NCBI GenBank assembly: GCA_015233335.1
Contig: JADFXX010000006.1
Location: forward strand, 1,237 to 65,236
Direction of reading: 5' to 3'
Length of the DNA stretch: 64,000 nt
Source: Candidatus Omnitrophota bacterium
GTDB lineage: Bacteria > Omnitrophota > Gorgyraeia > Zapsychrales > Fredricksoniimonadaceae
Positions 57,924 through 64,000 of the stretch are shown piece after piece. A program made the position numbers and the translations under genes. The notes under the pieces were generated by a model. The model was given only the letters and a program-made list of their open reading frames with translations. It was not told where the DNA came from and did not search any database. Within the stretch, counting starts at the first letter, position 1. Each line of letters begins with the position of its first letter.

Positions 57924-58064
57924 GCGGGGCCTGTCCTTAGACTCAATACTAAGGTGCTCCTCCGTCGATGGCAACCCTAACGGCAGCTTCTACGGTAGTT
58001 CCACTTAACCGCCCACTTGGGCAGGGGCCGTGCGCGCCTTAGTATTGAGTCTAAGGACACCCGC
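57924..58064. repeat. Family A structured intergenic element, copy 5
   Basis: Termini gcggggcctgtcc...ggacacccgc. Helix ccttagactcaatactaagg / ccttagtattgagtctaagg. Confidence 0.8.
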
Positions 58065-58119
58065 TAATCCTTGTACTTATGAAAAGTAGCGTCTTCCCTG
58101 CTTTTTGTCAGGTAAGCTA

Positions 58120-58309
58120 TGTGCGCGGGATGGAGGTACAGCTATTATGTTTTTGGCACAATAAGGAATTTTTTGCCAAAAGTCTTCTTAATTTTACGGC
58201 AAGAATGTTCCAAATAAAGAGAATCTTTAGAACATTGTTGCCGTAAATTTAATAAGACGGCAAAAATATTCCGTGGCGAAAACATAATAGCTGTACCTCC
58301 ATCCCTGCA
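58120..58309. repeat. Family C foldback element, copy 2
   Basis: Arms gggatggaggtacagctattatg... / ...cataatagctgtacctccatccc. Loop ccaaataaagagaatctttag. Confidence 0.8.
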
Positions 58310-58338
58310 CGGCACACCCATTCAAGATTTAAAGAGCG

Positions 58339-60627
58339 TTATAGTTTAAGCAACTTTGGGATCCACCAGAATAGTCCGGCTAACAGGACTATGATCGATG
58401 TGCCTCCCAGCAGCATAAAGAAGAATTCTTTTGGATCTATTCCCGGATTAATAATTTTCGTGCGATCGACTCCGTTTAGATATAAGACATAGCTTTCCAG
58501 ATCAGCGATCTGGGCTTGGGTTAATGCATGGGAATCGCCGAAATTGGGCATATTGGGGCCTCCCTCGGTGTTGGGGATGCCGTGCTGGATATAACGGTCC
58601 ACATGCTCTGCAAAAACCTGCGCGTCTTCGTTTTTGACGGCAGGATCTATCGGATTAAGAGCAGGGACGCCTCTCGGAGCGTTAAATCCCGGAGTATTAG
58701 GGATGCCGCGCGGGCCGTGGCACATAATACATGACTGATGGAATAAAATAGCTCCGTGTTCACGGTCGCCGATAAGACCTACGGATTGGGGAGCGATCCC
58801 ATTTGTGCTCGAGGGTGGATTGCCCTGCCCTTCAGCGGCTTGGGCCTGTTCTTCTGCTTTAGTCACAGGCGTTGGTTTTCTCGTTGCAAGACTGCTTAAG
58901 AAAAGTGTCATCGCATCGATCTGGTCATCTTTGAGACGATTGGCGTAAGACGGCATAATGCTCATAGGGTTATGCTGCTGCGGCGCTGTGAGTTGGACTT
59001 TAAGCCAATCTTGGGCGGGTTTATCCTTGGCTATGGCCATGATCAAATCCGGGCCTGATTTATTGCTCGGCCGTCCTTGGATGGTGTGACACTGAACACA
59101 TCCTTGAGTGTTAAATAATTGTTCGCCATATTTGATCAAAACGTCCTTGTTATCGACTGATTCTTGGGCTGTTGTCGGCTTAGGCGGCGGCAAAGGGACG
59201 GAAGCAGGCTTTAGATTTTCCAGATAACCTAATAAGAGTTCAACATTTTGATCACTTAAATCGGAATATGGCGGCATGATGGTGCGGGGATTATGCAATT
59301 GAGGCGCTATCACTTGGATAGAAAGCCACTGATGTGAACGATTGTTCCCGCGGGCCATGACCAAATCCGGACCCTGTTTATTGCCGGCGATCCCCGTCGT
59401 TGAGTGACATTCGGTACAGCCTAATGTTTTAAATAACTGCTGGCCTGTCAGTTTTTTATCGACATTAACCAAGGCCATAGTCTTGGGGATATCCAGATCC
59501 GGTAATTTCTTATTGGTCAGATCTACGATCGTCCGATTAGGGGCCTCCATTTGGGCCGCTTCGGCAGGGCTTCTATAAATATAGCCCAGCCATGTCAAAT
59601 AAAGAATCATGCCTACAAAAGTAAAACCGCCTAAAATGATAAACCCTCGTTTAAAAGGGTTTTTCTGCGGGTTAGAATCCGCAAAAGGCAGGGAAGCAAA
59701 AAGCAAAATGATCATCAAAGGCACACCCGCCGTGCCCAAAGGCTCCAGAGGCCCGGGAAGAAATTTTAATATTTGATAAAGGAACAGGAAGCTCCACGCT
59801 GGTTTTGGAGTTATCAACGTATCGGTGGGGTCCGCTAACCCGGAAAACGGCGGGGGGAAAAAAGCAGATAAAAAAACCAGCAGTAAAAAAATCAAAAAAG
59901 AGACCAGAACATCTTTGAAAATCTGTTCCGGCCAGAAATATCCTATTTTTTTGCGTTTGTCCTCATCCCACGGCCCGGACTCACCGAACTGGCGAAAAGC
60001 GATCAAGTGCAGCGTGACAAATAATCCGACCATGGCCGGAATAATGGCCACATGAAGGACGTAAATACGTAACAATGCCATCTGCCCCATTTTATCAGCC
60101 CCCTGCAGGATCATTTGTGTCATGGGGCCGACAATGGGAACTGAACCGGCTATACCAATGCCTACCTGCCCCGCCCAATAACCATTCTTGTCCCAAGGCA
60201 GAACGGGTCCGGTGAACATGAACATCGCGGTCAGAACAATAAGAACTATCCCGATGAGCCATACCATTTCTCTGGGTTTTTTATAGGAGCCCCAGATGAA
60301 TACACGCAGAACATGCAGCCCCACAACGATCGTAAACAAAGTCCCGCCCCAATAATGGATGCCATGCACAAGCCATCCAAAAGGAACTTGGAGGCGCAGA
60401 TAGTTCAAACTTGTGTACGCGTAATCAATGGTGGGCACATAATAAAAAAGCTGCCAGACCCCTGTGACAATCTGCATGGTCAAAAGAAACATGCAAGCAC
60501 TGCCTAAGGTGTAGGAAAATCTGGTGCCGCCGGGGATCTCTTCATGCAAGAATTCACTAAAAAATGTGATCAATGAAGTACGCTCATTGATCCAGCCTAT
60601 CATTTTTTGTAACAAAGGCGTTTTCAT
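58339..60627 (-). CDS. Cytochrome b fused to three c-type cytochrome domains
   Basis: N-terminal ~380 aa is cytochrome b (GSYKKPREMVWLIG, PAWSFLFLYQILK). Three CxxCH sites follow (CTECH, CVQCH, CIMCH), then a C-terminal TM. Confidence 0.8.
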   Translation of the reverse strand: MKTPLLQKMIGWINERTSLITFFSEFLHEEIPGGTRFSYTLGSACMFLLTMQIVTGVWQLFYYVPTIDYAYTSLNYLRLQVPFGWLVHGIHYWGGTLFTIVVGLHVLRVFIWGSYKKPREMVWLIGIVLIVLTAMFMFTGPVLPWDKNGYWAGQVGIGIAGSVPIVGPMTQMILQGADKMGQMALLRIYVLHVAIIPAMVGLFVTLHLIAFRQFGESGPWDEDKRKKIGYFWPEQIFKDVLVSFLIFLLLVFLSAFFPPPFSGLADPTDTLITPKPAWSFLFLYQILKFLPGPLEPLGTAGVPLMIILLFASLPFADSNPQKNPFKRGFIILGGFTFVGMILYLTWLGYIYRSPAEAAQMEAPNRTIVDLTNKKLPDLDIPKTMALVNVDKKLTGQQLFKTLGCTECHSTTGIAGNKQGPDLVMARGNNRSHQWLSIQVIAPQLHNPRTIMPPYSDLSDQNVELLLGYLENLKPASVPLPPPKPTTAQESVDNKDVLIKYGEQLFNTQGCVQCHTIQGRPSNKSGPDLIMAIAKDKPAQDWLKVQLTAPQQHNPMSIMPSYANRLKDDQIDAMTLFLSSLATRKPTPVTKAEEQAQAAEGQGNPPSSTNGIAPQSVGLIGDREHGAILFHQSCIMCHGPRGIPNTPGFNAPRGVPALNPIDPAVKNEDAQVFAEHVDRYIQHGIPNTEGGPNMPNFGDSHALTQAQIADLESYVLYLNGVDRTKIINPGIDPKEFFFMLLGGTSIIVLLAGLFWWIPKLLKL

Positions 60628-60632
60628 AAGAA

Positions 60633-61205
60633 TTAGGCCTCAACCTTTTGGGGGATGCCGGCTTTAAACAGTTTCCATTGCACGTACAATTCTCCTGATT
60701 CAATTTTATATGCCAGTGTATCCAGAGGCCTTGGCGACGGCCCACCTATCACCTTGCCGTTCTCATCAAACAGGCTTCCATGGCAGGGGCAGTTAAATTG
60801 ATTGTTAATGAAGGTGTAGCGGCAGTTTAAATGCGGACATAACGGTGAATAGACGGTTGCCTGTGTATCGGAGTGTTTGATCACCCAAACATCATAAACC
60901 ACCTGACTGCGGATAAAGGCCTGCACATCTAAGTCCTCAAAAGTCATTTTCGTCGGCTTTCCGACGGGAATAGCGGAAAAATTGGGGACCTTAATGAATT
61001 TCCTGTCCGCGCCCTCGTTGGAAGCGGGAATAAGATAGGAGACAAACGGCAAACTCAATCCCAGTGTTAGAAAACCCAGCAGGGCCGCGGTCAGGCCTTT
61101 AATGAAATTACGTTTCTGAATATCCTCGGGTTCCTCGGATCTGGGTGTCGGCGTATGATCAGTCATGGATTCCTTTATTTTGCTGTATCCATTGGTCGAA
61201 ATCAC
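60633..61205 (-). CDS. Rieske [2Fe-2S] protein
   Basis: CPHLNC...CPCHGS motif boxes and an N-terminal TM anchor. The start may be the internal MTDHTP. Confidence 0.85.
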   Translation of the reverse strand: MISTNGYSKIKESMTDHTPTPRSEEPEDIQKRNFIKGLTAALLGFLTLGLSLPFVSYLIPASNEGADRKFIKVPNFSAIPVGKPTKMTFEDLDVQAFIRSQVVYDVWVIKHSDTQATVYSPLCPHLNCRYTFINNQFNCPCHGSLFDENGKVIGGPSPRPLDTLAYKIESGELYVQWKLFKAGIPQKVEA

Positions 61206-61908
61206 TTTGAGACACTACACTTAAAACGCCTCTCATGCGGTAGTGCCCCACACCGCACAATTGAGAGCAGACGATTTCAAATTGGCCTATTTTATTGGGA
61301 GTAAACCAAACGGACGTTGTCATTCCCGGAATGACGTCCTGTTTCACACGCATGGCCGGCAGGGCGAAACTGTGGATAACATCTTTACTGGTCATGCGCA
61401 GAATGACTGTTTTATTGACCGGCAGATACATCTGATTCATGGTTGTAATATCATCACGCCCGTTGGGGTCATTAGGATCTAGCCCCAAAGGGTTGTCCTC
61501 AAGGAATCGGGCTGAGGCGCGGCCGAATTTTCCGTCTGGACCGGCATAATGAAAATTCCAGGCAAACTGCTGGGCTACCACCTTGACTTCCATAATATTG
61601 CGGCCTTCTGGAATGGAGGCCACATGGACAGCCCAAAAAGGAATGGAAAATGCGAATAACAGCAGGAATTCAAATGCCGCCACCCCCCACTCAACTGCCG
61701 ATGAAATCTTGTGGGCGGCCGGGACGTGGACCACCTGCGGGTTTTTGGACCGGCGGAATTTGATCAAGACCACAATATAATAAATGGCCCAGCCTACAAA
61801 AAGGACGAGAATCAGGCCATGGATCAAATACATCAAAGTATCGTTATCACGGCCTTCGATAGAGGCTAAAGGCTGCATGGGAAAAATTAATTTTAAGATA
61901 TTGTCCAT
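61159..61908 (-). CDS. ctaC: Cytochrome c oxidase subunit II (no fused cytochrome c)
   Basis: Two TM helices and CuA site HSFALP...CSQLCGVGHYRM. Confidence 0.85.
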   Translation of the reverse strand: MDNILKLIFPMQPLASIEGRDNDTLMYLIHGLILVLFVGWAIYYIVVLIKFRRSKNPQVVHVPAAHKISSAVEWGVAAFEFLLLFAFSIPFWAVHVASIPEGRNIMEVKVVAQQFAWNFHYAGPDGKFGRASARFLEDNPLGLDPNDPNGRDDITTMNQMYLPVNKTVILRMTSKDVIHSFALPAMRVKQDVIPGMTTSVWFTPNKIGQFEIVCSQLCGVGHYRMRGVLSVVSQSDFDQWIQQNKGIHD

Positions 61909-61911
61909 AAA

Positions 61912-62214
61912 TTAATACGTCGTAAATTCACTGGGTGTTCGCGGGGAATTGGCGATATCCCAGGCCGGCAAAAACAATAAAGACAAAAAAACCACAAATG
62001 TCAAAAATAGGATCAGATGAATGGTTTTCTTCTTGGTCATTAAATGCATGAAATAATAGCCCACGATCAAAGCCTCACAGGAGGCGATCGTTAGAATCAA
62101 AACCATCCCTAGGGACTTGAGCCTCAAATGGTTGATCGTGACGATCAGGGCTGTCAGGCAGATGATGCCAAGATAGATTGCGATATCTCTTTTAAATTCC
62201 GAGCGTTGTTCCAT
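61912..62214 (-). CDS. Small cytochrome oxidase subunit IV-like membrane protein
   Basis: 100 aa with three TM segments and a YFMHL motif. Lies between coxIII and coxII. Confidence 0.55.
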   Translation of the reverse strand: MEQRSEFKRDIAIYLGIICLTALIVTINHLRLKSLGMVLILTIASCEALIVGYYFMHLMTKKKTIHLILFLTFVVFLSLLFLPAWDIANSPRTPSEFTTY

Positions 62215-62217
62215 AAT

Positions 62218-62820
62218 TTAGAGCAGGTACAGGATTGAAAATAAAAAGATCCAAATGATATCCACAAAATGCCAATAAAGACCGGCCACTTCAAGGCGAT
62301 TGATGAACCATTGTTTATTGATGGTCCTCAATCGGGTGCCGGGGCCGGCATAATAAATATTGATCCCGATGCCGGCCAAGATGTGTAAGGCATGCAAACC
62401 CGTTAACAAAAAATAAAGGGCCAGAAAAACACTTGTTTTAGGGTATTCCTGACGGCTGAAATGTTGGTAATATTCGATCCCCTTGAAAAACAAAAAAAGA
62501 CCAGCCAGGGATATCACCCACCACATCAGTCTTTTATATTTGGCCAAATCATCCGCTTTCAATGCAACCCAGGCGCGTATGAAAAATATACTGGATGACA
62601 AAAGAATAACGCTGTTCAATGCGCCTATGGGGACGTTCAGATAATCTGATTGCTGAGGCCATGAAAAAGATCCCACTCTTAGAAGGATATACGCAGAAAA
62701 CAGCGAGCCAAAAAGCATGATCTCTGAAGCTAAAAAAAGCCAGAGCCCAAACTTGGCATTATAAAGCCCGGTATCTTCGCGGGCTTCTACTTTATATGGA
62801 ACTAGTTCTGTGTCATGCAT
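62218..62820 (-). CDS. ctaE: Cytochrome c oxidase subunit III
   Basis: 200 aa with five TM segments and YWHFVDIIWIFLF motif. Confidence 0.85.
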   Translation of the reverse strand: MHDTELVPYKVEAREDTGLYNAKFGLWLFLASEIMLFGSLFSAYILLRVGSFSWPQQSDYLNVPIGALNSVILLSSSIFFIRAWVALKADDLAKYKRLMWWVISLAGLFLFFKGIEYYQHFSRQEYPKTSVFLALYFLLTGLHALHILAGIGINIYYAGPGTRLRTINKQWFINRLEVAGLYWHFVDIIWIFLFSILYLL

Positions 62821-62837
62821 ATTTTTATATCCTCTAA

Positions 62838-63023
62838 CGTGGGGCCTGTCTTGAGCCTCAACACCAACTGGTCCCCCCTGCTTTGGTCGTTAACGACCAA
62901 GGGGGGATTAAGGTGCTCCTCCTCCGGGGACAGCCCTGACGGCAGCTTCAACGGGGGTTTCACTGGACTGCCCACTTGGGCAGGTGCCGTGCGTGCCTTA
63001 ATATTGAGGCTCAAGACACCCGC
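62838..63023. repeat. Family A structured intergenic element, copy 6 (with nested ~45-nt hairpin insertion)
   Basis: Termini cgtggggcctgtc...agacacccgc. The helix cttgagcctcaa...attaagg / ccttaatattgaggctcaag is interrupted by cccccctgctttggtcgttaacgaccaagggggg. Confidence 0.8.
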
Positions 63024-63068
63024 TCTTTGCGGTAATACTGAAATATGTTAAACCATTGCTAATCATTA

Positions 63069-63250
63069 GCAGGGATGGATAGCTGCTATTATGTATTCGG
63101 CACATTAAGGAATTTTTCGCCAAAAGTCTTCTTAATTTTACGGCAAGAATGTTCCAAATAAAGAGAATCTTTAGAACATTGTTGCCGTAAATTTAAGAAG
63201 ACGGCGAAAATATTCCGTGCCGAATACATAATAGCAGCTATCCATCCTTC
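63069..63250. repeat. Family C foldback element, copy 3
   Basis: Arms gcagggatggatagctgctattatg... / ...cataatagcagctatccatcc. The core is nearly identical to copy 2. Confidence 0.8.
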
Positions 63251-63275
63251 ACTAGCAACAAGCATGACTAAATGT

Positions 63276-64000
63276 CTAAATCTCCTTTTGATCTTGCGGG
63301 CTGTAATCTTTAGCCGCTCCCTTAAGACTGTAACTATACGGTCCTCGATAAACGTGGACCGGTTTGGTAAAATTCCCATGGGGCGGCGGCGTTGGAGTGG
63401 CCCATTCAAGGGTCGTTGCCTCCCAAGGGTTATCTGAGTTGACTTTTGGTCCGTTAAACATGCTATAGAAAAAATTAAAAATGAAGGCAAACTGCGCAAT
63501 GGCAAGAAACCACGCGGCCCAGGAGATGATCACATTCCAGTAAAGCACATTATGCATAAATAAATACGTCACCCCTCCGTCATATAATCTGCGGTTGACC
63601 CCGGCCAATCCCTGAAGAAGCATAGGAAAAAAGATCAGGTTCATGGCGATCAAGGTCGGCCAAAAATGCAGTTGGCCTAATCTGTCGTTCATGAAACGGC
63701 CAGTAACCTTAGGGAACCAATAATAAATGCCGGCAAATATCGCCAAAATAACCCCCGGCGCCACCACATAATGAAAATGCCCGATTACATAATAGGTGTC
63801 ATGCAAAGGGATATCGGTTGCCGCAAGCCCCAAAGGCAGGCCGGTCAACCCGCCAAAACCGAACATGGGCAGGAACGCCAAGGCAAAAAGCATGGGTGTG
63901 GTAAAACGGATCGAACCTCCCCACAGGGTAATGAACAAGGAAGTGATCACAATGATCGAGGGTATGGAAACGATCATGGTGGTAGTTTGGAAAAATGCCG
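63276..64000 (-). CDS. ctaD: Cytochrome c oxidase subunit I, C-terminal part (5' end beyond window)
   Basis: HDTYYVIGHFHYV and GLAGVNRRLYD motifs. The ORF remains open to nt 64000; the track lists only the portion from an internal Met. Confidence 0.9.
   Translation of the reverse strand, partial: AFFQTTTMIVSIPSIIVITSLFITLWGGSIRFTTPMLFALAFLPMFGFGGLTGLPLGLAATDIPLHDTYYVIGHFHYVVAPGVILAIFAGIYYWFPKVTGRFMNDRLGQLHFWPTLIAMNLIFFPMLLQGLAGVNRRLYDGGVTYLFMHNVLYWNVIISWAAWFLAIAQFAFIFNFFYSMFNGPKVNSDNPWEATTLEWATPTPPPHGNFTKPVHVYRGPYSYSLKGAAKDYSPQDQKEI

Noticed and set aside
57879-57974. N-terminal 32-codon extension of ctaA (MPSTEEHLSIESKDRPRAMHH...), and the analogous extension of ORF 43454-43822
   Set aside because: The extensions are translations of family A repeat copies. 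Internal Met codons followed by signal or TM sequences give more plausible starts.
18640-63250. Families A, B and C as integron attC sites or a CRISPR array
   Set aside because: No integrase or cas genes are present. The flanking genes are core housekeeping or respiratory genes rather than cassettes. The elements are inverted, not short direct repeats with unique spacers, and no R''/R' core sites (GTTRRRY) were seen at their ends.
62802-63505. ORFs 62802-63014 (-), 62815-63051 (+) and 63089-63505 (-, 138 aa)
   Set aside because: They read through the family A and C elements, and the last also through the out-of-frame 3' end of coxI. The similar strings EEHLNP, EEHPNV and EEHLSI recur only because the repeat is translated.

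Overview
This 64-kb chromosomal segment comes from a Gram-negative-type bacterium. Lgt/LspA, MreBCD/PBP2 and PVC-style prepilins hint at an uncultivated, possibly Omnitrophota/PVC-like lineage, but that assignment is speculation. About 61 of 64 genes lie on the minus strand in tightly packed co-directional arrays. Housekeeping content: mrdA-mreD, phoH-pgpH-ybeY, aspS, hisS, HU, two pseudouridine synthases, an ABC-2 exporter, mreBC, aroA, lgt, lspA, dksA-like, ileS, mtnP, proC, yggS and an AddAB-like helicase-nuclease pair. A respiratory cluster runs coxI-coxIII-coxIV-coxII-Rieske-cytochrome b::triheme c-ctaA-ctaB. Accessory content: a giant GNVGIGT-repeat surface protein at 1-4527, absent from the ORF track because it runs off the window; a 1522-aa secreted coiled-coil protein; three paralogous secreted Cys-rich proteins placed divergently from two tandem prepilin genes; PilZ, HD-GYP and two-component signalling genes; a PLD-type nuclease; and a small ParB-like/HExxH operon. 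The least explained signal is non-coding. At least three families of long structured palindromic elements (A: 6 copies, B: 2, C: 3) sit in intercistronic gaps, and their helices differ in sequence between copies yet remain complementary. No rRNA, tRNA, CRISPR array, transposase or integrase was seen. All calls rest on reading the sequence and ORF translations by eye. Non-coding coordinates are accurate to a few nt, and no database search was run.
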